From positions 1,364,001 through 1,428,000 of the forward strand of contig CM039008.1 of assembly GCA_017499595.2 (NCBI GenBank): 64,000 nt of DNA, read 5' to 3'. Each line of letters starts with the position of its first letter. The stretch's first letter is position 1. Under the pieces are notes generated by a model. The model had not been told where the DNA came from. It did not search any database and saw nothing but the letters and a program-made list of their open reading frames with translations. Source of the DNA: Psilocybe cubensis. Taxonomy: Eukaryota. The position numbers and the translations under genes are program-made. This document shows, piece after piece, positions 24,861 to 39,328 of this stretch.

Positions 24861-26370
24861 ATGGGAAGCACTATCACCGTCGACATCTCGGACCGCATCG
24901 CGACTATCACCCTCAACCGACCTGCGAGCCTTAACGCCATCACCACTGACGGTGCGTTTGTAGTTGGTGTCTCTACCCAGTTATTTAATAGGGTTATCTG
25001 ACGTTCGGTGCTTTCGTGGTGCGCCATTTCGTGCACGTAGACTACGACGCGTTCGCGAATGCGTTGAGAGAGATTGACAAGAATGAGGATGTGCTCATCA
25101 CAGTGTGGCAAGGTGCGCTTTCCAATCTCGTGCATTCATGCTCTCTTTAACTAATACATATCCCTGTATTGTTATTGTTAGCTACTGGCAAATGGTTCTG
25201 CGCGTACGTCTATCTCTTTCTGCGTGTACTTGCGCAACACCCTGCGGTTCAACTGTCGCTGAACGGTGAATTGTCAATTTGTAGCGGCACAGATGTCAAG
25301 CGCTCGGGAAACAATCCTGCAGACTCCATCGGGAGCGTGCGCAAGGCGCTGAAGAATAATGTCGTGAGCACGACGACGGACTGCGGCAAGGCGGTAAGCA
25401 GTATTACCTCAACCTTCTACACGCGTATCCAGTGATTGACATTGCGATAGCTCTACTCCCATAGCAAGATTCTGGTAGCGGCTCTCAATGGGCCTGTGAT
25501 GGGTACGTCAACTTGTGCAATTTCTGGAGCGCGGTGCGGGCATTGACGGGGTCGCTAGGTATAACTGCTGGTATGGGGTTTAATGTTGTCAGATGATGTT
25601 ATGTGCGGAAGACGAACTGTTGTGGTACTACAGCCTTCCTCGGCTACTTCGATTTCATCTACGCCCTCCCGAGCGTATGGCTGGCTGTTCCTTTCACTTT
25701 CCTTGGTGCGTTAAAGTGCCAACCAATGACGCCTGCGCTCATTTTCCCTGTAATTTTCTTTTGATTAGGTATTGTTGCTGAAGGAGGAGCTAGCGTCAGC
25801 TTCGTCAATCGAAGTGAGCACACCTATTTTGTTTTCTCTATGCTGTGGCCAGGCTAAAACACATGCGCAGTGGGAGTAGCAGTTGCCAACGAGGTTCTGA
25901 TCTGGGGCAAGAAAAAGACAGCCGACGAGCTCCTAGCTTGCGGTTTCCTCAAGTAAATCCTCTCACCTTTTTTTCCAACATCACTTACACATGCTTATTA
26001 TTCGTGCTCAATGATCACAGTAAAATATTCCCAAACCAAAGCGCCGAGTCCTTCCACGCAGAAGTGCGGAAACTGCTCCTCGATGAGCTGTCCGGACTCG
26101 ACCCAACCGCACTGTTGGTGATGCGGAGTCTTATCCGCCGAGGGCTGCACGAGAAAAACGACCCGGACGCTGTGAATCTGCGCGAGAGCTACGGTGCGTA
26201 TCTGGTTCAAATATTCCATCTGCTACCCTATTGTGTGCAACGTTTCGAAGAACTGATGTGTTCTCTCTCTTGGATGTGTGCGAACAGCTCAAGCGGAACG
26301 GTTTGCGAGTGGAATACCTGCGCTCCAGTTCTCGAGAATCGCGCGCAAGGAGATTAAGCACAAACTATGA
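24861..26370 (+). CDS. Crotonase-family peroxisomal delta3,delta2-enoyl-CoA isomerase-like protein
   Basis: ITLNRPASLNA, FCAGTD, VAALNGPVMG, PFTFLGIVAEGG; C-terminal PTS1-like HKL; ~10 introns. Confidence 0.88.
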
Positions 26371-28026
26371 TGGTAGTTTTGTTTCGCCGATTTTCAACAT
26401 GTTGATCTGTAGTATTTTGAGAAATATAATGTATAGGCTAGGAGCGGTTGCACTTCGTCAGCGATATTTTTATTATTATTCAAATTCTTGTTTTGAGGGC
26501 ACGGTTACCCTGGAAGACGCAAGTTGCAAACCTGTGTCATGTAAAGACCATGGGAAAGTAGGAAGGCTGGTATCGCATGCGCTACGAAGGCTACTAAAGT
26601 GGAGTTCCACGGGCAGCAGTATAGGCCAGTCGCGAATGGGAGAACACCACTGAGTCCCGGGAGCAGGCGTTTCCTCGATGCCTTCAACAAGCCCTGGGCC
26701 ATTCAACGATTCACATACGAAGCTCTTCAGGTAAAACGGGATATTGGGTCAAGAGAGCGTCAATACCTATATTCCTGTCTATCCAAATGATTGCAGGTTT
26801 TCCAGTGCCTATGGGCGAGTTTGCATGAACCCTGGCGTGGATATCATTTTTCGGTAGAGGTTGAGCATAGTACGGAGTCGGATTAGGTGAAGTTCTGCTA
26901 ATGGTGGGAGATGTCTCCATTCTAGTAGTAATTGCTTGGTTTTTTGGGATGGGCAAGGGATGGGGTGGGTGTAGGAGGATGAGTGAGGTTTTATGATGAA
27001 CTGTGTTTCGGTGTAGAGGGGAGATTTGCCTGCTGTTGTAGTGAGACCTCGAGATCTGAGAGGCTATGACTGTACGACTACGAGGAGACGCGACACGACA
27101 TGACATGACGCGACGCGACGCGATTTTGGGACACGAATGGCACGTGCATTTGATAGCCAATAGGAGTGACATTCGAAGGTTGTAGAGAGTGAATGGTAAC
27201 CTTGAACTTGAACTCGAACTCTGATGTTGCTTTTGCATTTTGTTCTTGGACGTCTCGGTCTGATGCACTCTTGTACTCTTTGCTTTGCATTGTGAAGAAT
27301 TGGTGTCTGTCTGGCGAAACGGATGGGTTTTCGTGCTGCTTCTCGGTCTTCAACTTTGGACCTGGTGTCTGGTTCTAACAGGCGCTTCAATTGCGATTTG
27401 GTTCTTCGATTTGCCTGTGTCGAGGTCGGGGATTTGGAAAGGCAGGTCTGTATACTTTGGTCGGGGGTTGAGCTTTACTGTGTTGAATCTTCGTTTGTTG
27501 CTCTCTGCTTTCTATGCGACTGGACGTTTAGGATGCCTGCAAAAATACTATTGTGCTACTGGACAACTGGGCTACGTTTTTCCTTGGGTACTACTGCTGG
27601 CTTTTTTCTCATTGGACGCGGTAGCATTTCAATAAGCTAAACACGACGACTCTTGCGATGTTGTTTGTTCTGTTCTGTTTTTTTCCTGCTCCCGCTTCAT
27701 GAATTCCAAGATTTCAAGGTGCCCGTCCTCTGGACCTAGGTGTTTTCCCCACTCGATCTTATTCTCGATCTTCTGACACTGTCTCAGGTATCTTCGTCGT
27801 CTCTGACATAACATTCTGGACGCGACGCGTATACGTTTGTGTGGGGATGTTAGTTCCCCCTCGATCGATCGTATACAAGCTCGCCCGGGCGTGGTGTATA
27901 TAATCCTACCCTCTCTTTACTTCCTCTCTTTCCTTCCTTCTCTTCAGTCTCTCACCGAAGGAAAGACTCTACTGTATACCCTCTTGTTATTTTCTGCGAT
28001 ACCTCTTTACGAATATCACGAACATC

Positions 28027-31018
28027 ATGCAGCTCTTCAAGCGCAAGTCTACCAAAGGCGATGTCGTCGCTGAGGTTATGGGCATCTCGCCCGGCGCCGT
28101 TGGTTCTGCCAACGACGCGACTAAGCCAAAGAAGAAGAAGGGCAAGGCCCGCCGTGTCTGTATGTATCTCATTTCATCCTCCCCAAGGCTCTTGAGCGTG
28201 TTCGAGCGTGTTCTGACGCGTTCTGTTCTTTTTAGTCCTCGGTATCTTGAAGAAGACCGTTCCCTGCGCGTCGGGAAGAGCCCACGCGGTTGAGAACGTC
28301 GGCGAGGACGAAAGCTTCTACGACCAAAAGCACAAGAGCGAGATCACTACCACCGGCGAGTTCATCTTCGAGCCCAAGGGGCTCCCCGCCCAATCGGTTG
28401 CGGTGCCCATCGCTGCGCCAGCCCCTGCCCACGTCGCCGGGCGCAGGAACCGTCAGGCTCAGATCATTCAGCCCAAGGTTCAGGCCCCAGCTGCTATGGG
28501 CGAGGTCAATGGATCCGTCGACATCGTCCAGGAGGCCAGGGAACGCCCTGAGAGGGTCGTTCCAGAGGCGATGAACAACGCCAACGCCAACGCTGGCGGG
28601 AACAGGAACCGCACTGCTCGCGTCATTCAGCCCAAGATTCAGGATGGGTCGGTCGACAAGTTCAGCATCATCGAGCGGGCCTATCTTCATCAGCTCAAAA
28701 CGCAAGGAGATCGTCCTCCTCCCAGCGACGCGCAGAACAAGGCCAAGCGCCAGGCGCGTATCATGTACCCTGGGGCCATCAACCCTGACCACAAGCCTGG
28801 TGCAGTCAAGGCCGCCGACGTCGAGAAGGAGGTTAGGGCTCGTCCCAAGACCCCCTTGCCTCCTATGCCTATCGACCCGACTTTCGACCCAAACGCGAGG
28901 AGCGAAGTGAGGATCGCGCACCCCTTCGTCTACCCCCCGCGCCCACCACCCAAGCCCCTCGTCGAGCACGATGCTAGCTCTCCTCCGAACATTCCTCTGC
29001 CACCTGTGCCCACCTACCCCTACGACAGGAAGTTTAGGCGTCAGGCGCGCATCGCTCAACCCAAGGCCGTCGATGCTCCCGCCGAGGTCGCCCCCGCCCC
29101 CGTCGTCAAGGTCGAGGAGCCAGTCAAGCCCGTCGTTGTTGAAAGCTCGACCACTCCCGAGGCTGTCGATGTCGTCGAGGTCGCCGAGGTCGCACCTGCC
29201 AACACCGTTCAGAAATCCAGACGTCATGCACGCATCGTCCAACCGATTGTTTTCGCCCCCGACAATGAGCCAGCTGCTGTGGACGACCTCGACAACGGCA
29301 AGGACGCTGCTGTGGCCACCAACGTCCTTGAGGTTGCCGAGGTCGACACTGTGAACGTTGCTCAGAGGAAGAGGCGTCACGCACGATTTGTGCTTCCCGT
29401 CGATTATATCCCAGCTTATGAAGCTGCGACGGGTGTTGAGGTTGAAGATGATGTCAAGCCTGCTGTGGTCGAAGAACCTGTCGGTGTTGAGGAGCCTGCC
29501 GTCGTGGTCGTCGAGGAGCCTGTCGCCGTCGAGGAGCCTGTCGCCGTCGAGGAGCCTGTCGCCGTCGAGGAGCCTGTCGCCGTCGAGGAGCCTGTCGCCG
29601 TCGAGGAGCCTGTCGTCGAGGAACCTGTCGTCGAGGAACCTGTTGTCGTCGAGGAGTCAGCTGTCGTCGATGTTCAGTCCAAGGTCGTCGATCACGTCGA
29701 GGTCGATGAAGAACCCCGCAAGCGTGCTTATACCTCTTTCGATGCAGTACTTGTTGGCCTTAGCCTTCTCCGCGATGACTCGAGCGAGGACGAAAGCTAC
29801 AAGGAACGCGACTTTTCTTCAGACGGTAGGTCATTTATCTTTGTTTCACTGATGTCTACCTTTGGTTGACTTTTGTACCCATAGAATCTTCGCATCCTGG
29901 TGATGTAGAAGATGTCTCTAAGGTTGCCGCTGTTGTTGAGAATGAGGTAGCTGTTCGTTGTTCTGTTGAGGTGCGAGTGGCTGTTACCTCCAAAGTTGTT
30001 GTATATGGAACAATTCTTTTCGATGAAAATAACAGTGAGTAATGTCTCTTCTTTCATACTACTTTGTTGACGTTTCAATAGATAACACTGTCTCCGAGGT
30101 CGCTTCGTATGAAGATGACCTCATCGTCCTTGGATCTTTCTCCAAGGATGCCGATTTCAAAGTTTGCACCTTCGGGTCCATTCCTCTTCTGGAGGATGAT
30201 ACCAGTGAGTACCCCTGGTTCTCTCTCTCTCTCCTCTTTCTTTCCATGCCTCCGCAACTTCAGCTGCTGATGTCTTGTGGCTTCTAGTCGGCAACTTCAT
30301 CAAGACACGATATCTTACTCGTCGTGTTGCCGTTGGGAAGACCTCGGAAGTTGTTGGTTCGTCTGTTGTTGATTCTTCTACAGTCAGCGAGGTTGTCGAT
30401 AGATCCTCGAATGGCGACTTGTCTCCTCTTGTGGATTCTATTCCTTCGGAGTACTCTTCCTCTCCTACTACTCCGGTCGAGGTTCAACAAGCTGGGGACC
30501 TGCCAAAGGAGGAGGTGAAGGAAGAAGTCAAAGAAATCGTTGATGTCATTGAAGAGGTACCTGTTCTCGGTTCCCCTATCAAACTTGTGACTTCTTCACC
30601 CAAGCTTGCTGTGGTTCCAACCTCGCTTCCTTATGCCAAGGGAGTTCCTACTCGTCGGGTCGATATTCGTGGCACTCGTCAACGGGTCCAATGCGAGGGA
30701 ACATCGACCAGCACTGGGGAACAACCTGGCGTTCTCGTGCGAAGTATTCTGAACTTGGAAGAGGCGTACTCTACGACCAATAAGCCTCGCAATGCTTCAG
30801 CTTCGCCTGTCGTCGAGACGGATGCACCGCTTTCAAGTACCAGGAAAGTTCCACCTTCTCGAATTCCAGTACTGGCATCACGACGAGAAGCTCTTGCTCG
30901 CCGTCGCTTTGGTACGCTATACGAGTCGCGATCTACACCTGCACCTGGTATTCGACCTTTGTTACTGCCCTTGCATAAGAGCAATCGCGATGCATACGAC
31001 TCGGAGCATGAGCGATGA
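28027..31018 (+). CDS. Orphan FGSIPLL-family protein, copy B
   Basis: Near-identical to 6909-9858; the coding indels seen are in-frame (extra EEPVAV units, one codon deletion). Confidence 0.8.
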
Positions 31019-31066
31019 ACACTATATTCTGCTGGCATCTTCGCTGGTATTTGCATATTATTCTGG

Positions 31067-31101
<35 letters not shown>

Positions 31102-31354
31102 ATCTCTGGATTTGTATCGACTCTGGTTTCTGTCTCTCGTCTTTTTTCTCGTCTCTGTCTCTCTCTGTCTCGTCTCTCGTCTCTTGTATCTCTTTTTGTC
31201 TCTTTTTTCTCTCTCGATTTTTGTCTTGTTTATTGTGTCTTGTTTCTTTTTTTCTCTCTATTTTCTCTTTTTATTTTGTATTTTTTCTTGATATGTATCT
31301 TTTTCTTTTTTGGTCTCCCTTAATATGCCGTTCATCTTGGTGACGGTCATCATA

Positions 31355-31857
31355 TATCTGGTGAGTTTTCGCACACTGCAACTATATCTTGCAACCTTTC
31401 TCACTTTTATTTTTTTAGGATTTTCGCCCTTCATATATGGGCGTAAGTTCAACAATCTATATCAAATTTTAGACATATATCCTCTTAATATCTGGCGAGT
31501 TTCACACTGCAACTGTATTACACACCTGTCCTAACTCTTTTTCTTAGGATTTTTGCCCTTCATATATGGGCGTATATCCGAATAATCTGTATCGAATTTT
31601 AAACAAATATACTCGTAATATCTGGTGAGTTCCACATTGTAACTGTGCCTCGCCTGTTCTAATTCTTTTCATAGGATTTTCGCCCTTCATATATGGGCAT
31701 CTTTATCAAATTTTAGACGAATGTACTCGTAATGTCTGGTGAGTTTCACACCGTCATTGTTCTCTACACCTGTTCTGACTCTTACCAGGATCTTCGCCCT
31801 TCATATCTGGGCGTAAATCTGAATAATCTGCATCAAATTTATACTCTATTTCATATG
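31355..31857 (+). repeat. Intron+hairpin-exon array, copy B (4 units)
   Basis: Donors at 31361, 31495 (GC), 31625, 31739, then 31858. Confidence 0.85.
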
Positions 31858-32329
31858 GTAAGCTTTGCACATCCCTTTTCGTCTACTCTCTCTCATCTCA
31901 ATTGTCGCTGTTGACAGGTCCTTTATACATCTTTATGGAAGTGTCGTGTGCATTTGTCATGACTATTTCTCTTAATCTTTCGTACGATTTATGCGCATTT
32001 ATTTCGTTTACTGTATCTAACTTCAGTTCTAAGGTCTTTTATACATTTCGACGATGTCCATTTATCGTCGTTCTTCTTGGCCGATGACTTCTTGACATCC
32101 TCGAAGTCGTTCGCCTGCTCAGTGACTCGCGTTCGGAATGCACTGGCAAAATTCTCGCTCCTTGGCACCGTTGGTCAACAACGTTTCGCAGTTTTCAGCA
32201 GGTGAGTTCTAGTTATCTTCAAAATTACTCTCCTTTCTTATCATACTTCTTCAGATTTCTCAGATGAGGCTTCTTAGGCATACTCTACCTTGGGCACAGG
32301 CCATACCGCCCAGCACTGGCAACAATATC

Positions 32330-32565
32330 CGGGTTAGGGAACACACAGCCGACGGGCTTCCTTGTGTTCCTCCTTTTATCAGGTGAAGGAGTTGTCTGAC
32401 GGGACAATTTCTGAGCCACATCGCAGCTGCATATGGAGTCGGGAGCGCTGACGAGTGCTCTCGTTTTCATTGTGTGGCTGCGGTGTCCGGTTGCATGGGA
32501 TAGGGGGCGCAGTGCTGCCGAGTGCTGTTTCCTTCTACTCTTGCGCCGGGATGATTGCCCGGATA
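32330..32565 (+). ncRNA. GACG-hairpin structured element, copy B (4th loop mutated to GCCG)
   Basis: Near-identical to 11296-11530. Confidence 0.6.
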
Positions 32566-32772
32566 CCTCAAGACCAGTTGCCCATTCCGGATGCGCCAAC
32601 CTCCAGCCTCGCCTTGCCTTTATATCTGCCGCTGCAAATTACTCGTTGCCATCATCATACGCCATTGGACCGAACACCTGGACGCTACCGTCCTTCTCCG
32701 GAGCCCTAGACAATCGCTGGCTCAAACTTCTCTGCAATGTTCGAGATAGACCTCTATCAACTTTCTCGGCAT

Positions 32773-33266
32773 TTACGACCTTCACGACCTTCACGACCTT
32801 TTACGACCTTTTACGACCTCCACGGTTTTACAACCGTCACGATCTTTTACGACCTTCACGACCTTTTACGACCTTTTACGACCTCCACGGTTACACAACC
32901 GTCATGACCTTTACGACATTTTACGACCTTCACGGTTTTACGACCGTCACGACCTTTTACGACCTCCACGGTTACACAACCGTCACGACCTTTACGACCT
33001 TTTACGACCTCCACGGTTTAACACCGTCATGACCTTTACGACATTTTACGACCTTCACGGTTACACAACCGTCACGACTTTTACGACATTTTACGAGCCT
33101 CACGGTTTCACAACCGTTACGACCTTTCACGACCCTTTACGACTTTTACGACCTCCACGGTTATACAACCCTCACAACCTTTTACGACCCTCACGGTTGC
33201 ACAACCGTTACGACCTTTTACGACCTCCACGGTTTTACAACCGTCATGACCACACCGTTACGACCA
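32773..33266 (+). repeat. Hairpin minisatellite, copy B (~10 hairpins)
   Basis: Repeats are directly visible. Confidence 0.9.
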
Positions 33267-34719
33267 ATCAAGAGCCAGGCTATTAGTCTTCTCGCCAATC
33301 ATAGACGGCCACCTTTGACATGCCATCACACATCACTATACACTACCTTTACGATGCGCATACTGTCTACCCGCTCTGGCTCGCTCGTTGGCTTTTCGCC
33401 TGGCTTCCACAATCTATTGCCTCTGGGCTACTTCTGCTTTTGTTCTTGCTGTCTTCGTTCATTTTTTGTTATTCGCTCTTTGTTCAACAATTTCTTGTTT
33501 TCGATGTTACTCGTATTTCTTTGTTGTTGCTTTTATCTTGTTCTCTTCGTTCTCCCTTTCATGCTTCATCGGACAATTTTTGCATTTACATGCTATTTTG
33601 CCATTTTTATGCTTCATTGCTGCACACTACCATTTCTTTCAAATATTTCTTCCATCTTTATATCTTATTATCAACTCTATTTATTTCATCTATCTTCATA
33701 TATTTTCTTTCAATCTCTTATTCTTATTATCTTCTAATTTATTTCCTTTAATTTAAACCATCACATATCTCTGCTTTGCATTCATCTTTTTATCATCTAT
33801 TCGCTTCTAAATCTTCTTTTGAATCTTCAGATATAATTTTTATATCTTATACCTATATACCAACATATACTCTCCATCTTCTAATATATATTGCTTTGAA
33901 AATCTAATAATTGTTCAAACCTAAGTTTGCTGCTAGAGGACAAGAACTCATTAGACTTTAACCCCTTTTAAAGCCGTGAGAACTAGGAAGGCCCCTGATC
34001 ATGCTTTTGTACGCCCTTTCTGTCATCGCTGTTTCTGTCTTAACATTGCTCAGTCGCACTGTTGGTTGTGCTCATCGTGTTCTTCCACAATATGGATCAT
34101 GATCGTTTCTATCGCCCATTTTTATCAACTTGCTTCCAGTTAACTGCATTATCAGCTTTTTCTTAGGATATTCTCATAGTACATGAATGTTTTCGAGTAC
34201 ATATTAACCAAAATAAGAAAACTCCAACGATAGTATTTTATGTCTGCGTCATGAGAGTGTCTAAAGGTGGTACATGTATATGGGTTAAACTGAGAGAATC
34301 AACGTCGAACGTCAACCATGTTGTCTTATAAGCCGATAGAGCCGTTAATGATCGGAGTTCATATTTTAAACTCGGGCCCCTCAGGGACAAACATAAATGT
34401 GGAATTTATTTTACAAACCTACTACTCTTTCATGCTCAGAGAAGCATCACAGAACCTCTACGACAGAACGCTCTCGTGTACTAGAATTTGTGGCACTTGT
34501 GTAAACCACGTTTAATTTTGAGGGCTTCCTGAGTAATTCAATCGGCGATTAGAATATGATTTCCGTTTACCCACGCCGCCTGGCACCTTGCCATTAACCA
34601 TCTATCACCGTTCCCACTGTGCTCTGCTCAAATCGTGAATATCCTTTGCTCTGACTGGCAACACATTCTTTAACTATTTGTCGTATATTAGTTAAAGCAT
34701 ACACATTTTTGGAAGCCCA

Positions 34720-36177
34720 ATGGAAGCCCAAAACGTACTTCACTATCCTCAGGCCATTAACAGCTCCGTTGCAATTGGCAATGGCGCAGCCGCATATATT
34801 CATATCTTATCTGGTTCCTTCAAATCACTGTCGCTCTTTTTGCTCGCCTTCTCACCTTCGAAAAGGTCCCTTGCGCACCTGGCAACTATACCTGCCTACG
34901 GACCCCATCAATATTTGTGCACCAACAGAGAGAAAGATCATGTGTACACGACGAGCTGGGCACTTCCTCCTTCTCTATCCAGCTGGCATATAGAGCGGAG
35001 TGAAACAGAACCCTGGAAGGTGAAGCACATAAATACAGTGCCAATCAGTATGTCTGGACTCTCATCTCTAAAGTGATGGGAATCCGACTTCATACATATA
35101 GCGGCTACCTCTTCGTATATCACAATTCCCCAACCTTATACTCATGCATATTCTGTGGGAGGGCCTACTGGAGAATCCCACAGTATTGACGCTACAACTG
35201 GAGCTCTTATCAACAAGACGCAGGAGATACTTTTCGTACCAGAAGATCAGCTAGAAGCAGCCGATAAGACAAGGGTGGCTCTGGTGCGTCCTCGAGCGAT
35301 CCACACGCCATCAAAGTATTAACATGCACTAGCGTTATGGGTCCCATGGGATCGAGTTTACGCCCTCCGGTCAATATGCGTTTGTCCCTGTACTTGGAAC
35401 CAATTCTATCGAAATGTACACCCGAGATCCAGCAAGTGGACAGTTAGAGCATATAACCTCTGTACCATCTCCTCGCGGGTTAGCTTATAAGGATGGTCCG
35501 AGGCATGTCAAAATTCATCCCAACGGCAAGGTGCTATACTCAATCACTGAGCATTGTAAGTATATGCACTTTGTTTAATGGGTTTCCGTACCGACATTTT
35601 GCTAGCAAACTTGGTCGATGCATATCGTATTTTGCCTAATGATCTTGAGCATATGAGCTCCCGCTCTCTTTTACCCACAGATGCACCTGTTATCCCGACC
35701 ACACATTCAGAGGACCACTTCCGTGGAGATACACTGATGTTCCCTCCATCAACGCCTTCCAAACCTGCCCCGACAGTTTTGATCACTACCACACGAGGGT
35801 CTAATTCTCGGTTGCGCGGCTGGCTAAGCGTGTTTCCTCTCGATGCTGATGGAGATTTTACGTCCGTCCCAGAAGATGTGTCCAGCGAAAACGCACGCCA
35901 AGCAGAACGGTTCCAAACCCCGACGTCAGGTGGAAGAGCCAATGCAATTGATATTATTTCGAAGGACAATAATGACCCTAACTCAGGCCTGTGGATTCTT
36001 CTAACGGACGAAGACGACTTCACAGTGTCTCCTTCAGGAACTGGTGCAGTTAGAGTTCTTGAGTGGGATGGGTGGGGCAAGGGTGGCATCAAGATTGTTG
36101 ATGAATGGCCTACCGCTAAAGATGCTGATGGTGAATATAGAATAAAAGGGGCGAGCCATGCTATATGGTTGGATTAG
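34720..36177 (+). CDS. Lactonase / carboxy-cis,cis-muconate cyclase-like 7-bladed beta-propeller
   Basis: RYGSHGIEFTP, DGPRHVKIHPNGK.LYSITEH, TPTSGGRANAI, ASHAIWLD*; three introns. Confidence 0.8.
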
Positions 36178-36433
36178 ACAATAGATGTTAATGTACAACC
36201 TGTAGTCGATGTTTTTCAAAATGTTGGCGAATGGGGTGCAAGCGTAAACCCTAACCTAATTATAGGATCCCGCCACGCTCCAGATCCGTGCGATCCTATC
36301 GGGCGGGTCTTCCTTGGGTCTTCCTCAAACCCAATTGAACTCAATTCTCATGCAAGAACAAGCGCACGATATGGTGGGACTGTTCTATATAAGCAACCCC
36401 GATTCTCTCGTCTACCTCTAGCCTCCCTCCGCC

Positions 36434-37796
36434 ATGCATTTTGCGCACAATCTCTTTGTAATTGCACTGCTGAGCGCTATTCATGCTCAAGCCCACCATG
36501 AACCTAAAACGGATCATGAAATAGAGGTTCAGAGAGCACTGCAGGTCGCTGCATGCCATGTGAGTTGTCTAAGGATCTGATAGCAACAGTATAGCTGACC
36601 ACGCTGTTATTAAGTGCGCCCCCGCTGTAGAGTCATTCACAGCATCGCGCAAGAGGGCTTGGGCGCAGCGCGTGCTTGCAGGCAACCCTCACCTAGTGGA
36701 TCAGCAACATCTCTTCTCCAGCGATGCCTATGCAGACCTTCCCGACTCACACCATTCCGAACACTCTTCTTCCCCTCATGAGAATGAAGACGAAACATTC
36801 ATGAAGTGCACGCCCATATCCGATACCCACATTCAGAACAACACCTGTGTGCTAGCCCCTGAAGTCACAGAAGGGCCATATTACCACACAGAGGGTCATC
36901 CAATCAGGCAAAACATTGCAGAGTACCAAGATGGTCTTCTTTTGGTACGTTTCTTTGCCAAACTTTGATTGTACGTGTGGGACCAACATGTGCCATGCAG
37001 CTTTTGGATATTGGAGTTATCGATGTTGAGACTTGCCAGCCCCTTCCTAATGTGCTGGTAGATATTTGGCAGGCAAACGCGACGGGATCGTACGCAGGTT
37101 CGCAGGCATTTTTATTTAGCAGAGATGAGCGCTTTGTTAACAGGAGCAGGTCACCCGGTTCCCCATCCCCACCTCGCCGATGAGCAGCCCGCCACGGAAG
37201 GTAGAAGAAGAGGCCTACTCACCGCGTTTCCCCGCACGATTCAGGAAGAGACATGGCTTCGTGGGGCATGGCCAACAGACAAGAATGGGGTCGTCCAGTT
37301 CACCAGTACGTCAATTTTTCTATCTATTCTGTTTTCATCTTGTAAACCATGGCCAAGGTATCTATCCTGGATACTACACCGGCCGTGCTACGCATATTCA
37401 CACCAAGGTATTCCCTGAGTGGACACCTTTACCCAACAACGAGGGTTTCCAAGCCGGCCGACTTGCACATACCGGTCAATGGTTCTTTGACGAGGAGCTA
37501 AACATGGTGGTTGACAAGATGTATCCTTACATCACGAATCCGATCAAGGATATCCGTGGCCGCACACGTAACTCACAAGACTCCTTGAATATCTTCCAGG
37601 ATAGCCATGGACCGGAGGGTAAATACAATCCTGTATTCAAGACCCATCTTCTTGGTGGTGTGGTGTCGCAGGGTCTGATTGCGTACATCACCATGGTATG
37701 TTCTCTTCAATGTTGTGTGCTTTAGTTATCTTCATCTAATATGCTTTGTAGGGTGTCAACGCAAGTGCCTCATATGACAACTTTTGGAAGGGTTAA
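36434..37796 (+). CDS. Secreted intradiol ring-cleavage dioxygenase-like protein
   Basis: Signal peptide; LAPEVTEGPYY, VDIWQANATGSY, LRG..PTD..G, PGYYTGRATHIH (Fe-ligand Tyr/His pattern). Confidence 0.9.
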
Positions 37797-38860
37797 TACC
37801 ATTTTACCTGTAGTATACATTGTCATGGAATTAAATATGTTATGCAATATCCATCCGCCCCTGTTTCTCCCCTGATGGTCATGTCGCGGTTGGCCTGGCG
37901 CGTCTGAGTTTGGCAACACGTGATACTCTGTGTACCCTGGAATCCTGTTAGCGTGGTATCCGAGGATTGCTATTTTGAACCTTGACCACAGTCGACGTCG
38001 TCGCAAAATGTTACTCTGCGAAGCCATATCTCGCTCATTACTATGCAGCGACTACGCATATAATTGTATTTCTATCTCAGACTATGGATATTGCTTCCTC
38101 CAGATTCCAGACCGTTTCGCTAAACTGTGCAATTAGTATCATAGCACTTGCCCGTTTCACGCCAATTCAGCCTGGCAGTCGTATTCGTGGCTTCAAAATA
38201 GCTCGATAGGAAAGGGATTACACCTTTGCATGTACTTCAAATACTTTACATGTTCTCCGCACGGTAATCCCAGGTATGTCCGACTTTGTCATCTATAGTA
38301 CGGTGCGCTGAACAATTTTGCAGGTTTTTACACTTGCACTGGTCATTGTAATGAAGCATGGCTTAAGCAGGGTGTATTAGGAGCTACGCCATCCTAATCA
38401 ATACGTTTCAGATATCTGAATCGTCATGATCACTTGTCTGCGTCAGATTTCTCTGGCGCCTGTGAAGATCTGTACTAGTCTCGATTGCGTCCACTCAACC
38501 CTACGACACTTTTAATGCGAACCCCTACAATCTTTGTCTTCCTCATCTACTCTCATCTGAACCATTGCTTAAGCGATACTTTCTCAATATTCTATACATC
38601 ATGCCCAAACTTTCGATCTCCAAACTTTTTTCTCGCCCTACCTCTCGTAAACCTTTTGGCAAAATCGCCAAAGTCGCGATTGCACCTCAAGGTGCGTCCG
38701 AGGTAGAAAGTGATAAGAAGAAAGGGAAAACTCGCCGTACATGTGAGTTTACATCGACTCATGGCCACTTGACGCATTTGACTCATCGTCCTCTTTCTAT
38801 TTCTCTAGTGACGGGTTTGCTCAAGAAGGGTGCTCCTTGGAAGAAGTGCAAGGAGCACAC

Positions 38861-39146
38861 TGTAGGGATTTGGATACGCGTGCGCGCGACGCGACTCACA
38901 ACAAACACGTCACATGACGCTTGCGGACACACTCACTTGGCATCGTCGACGCCATATGGCCACAGCATAGACGCGTAGTCAGTAGTTAGCACCTTACCGG
39001 AGACGTCGTTACACACCGAAGGACGTATCGAATCATATTTCCTATTTTTTTCCCATCTCTTTCCGTGCTAAACACATAAATATCTACAAAACTCTGTCCG
39101 TACTCAGGCTACTTTGTCCTCTCTCGAACTCGCCCCCTTCCCTACA
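38861..39146 (+). repeat. 5' LTR
   Basis: Identical by eye to 46661-46946. Confidence 0.97.
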
Positions 39147-39328
39147 TCTGGAGCCCACCGCGAGGGGACAAAACCAGTAAAACCGGTTTTGCCCGCCCCC
39201 TTGTCCGTTAAACCCCGTGTCACTGAGGAACTGTCAATATTGCCTCAAACAGCGGAAGTTCGACATCCCAACCGGTTCGAGGCTCCTTTCTCAAGAAGGG
39301 CTCGGGAATTCGATCTTCTTCTGGGAAA

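Larger units (their letters stand above)
26940..34154 (+). repeat. Segmental duplication module, copy B (lacks the second orphan gene)
   Basis: Collinear with 5777-12934; the first ~0.7 kb is clearly more diverged than the rest. Confidence 0.93.

Noticed and set aside
26476-26930. Possible gene remnant left of copy B
   Set aside because: Short ORFs with no motif I can recognise.
39147-39167. PBS primed by the nearby tRNA-Arg(ACG)
   Set aside because: That tRNA would need TGGTGACCGAGG; the observed sequence is TGGAGCCCACCG.
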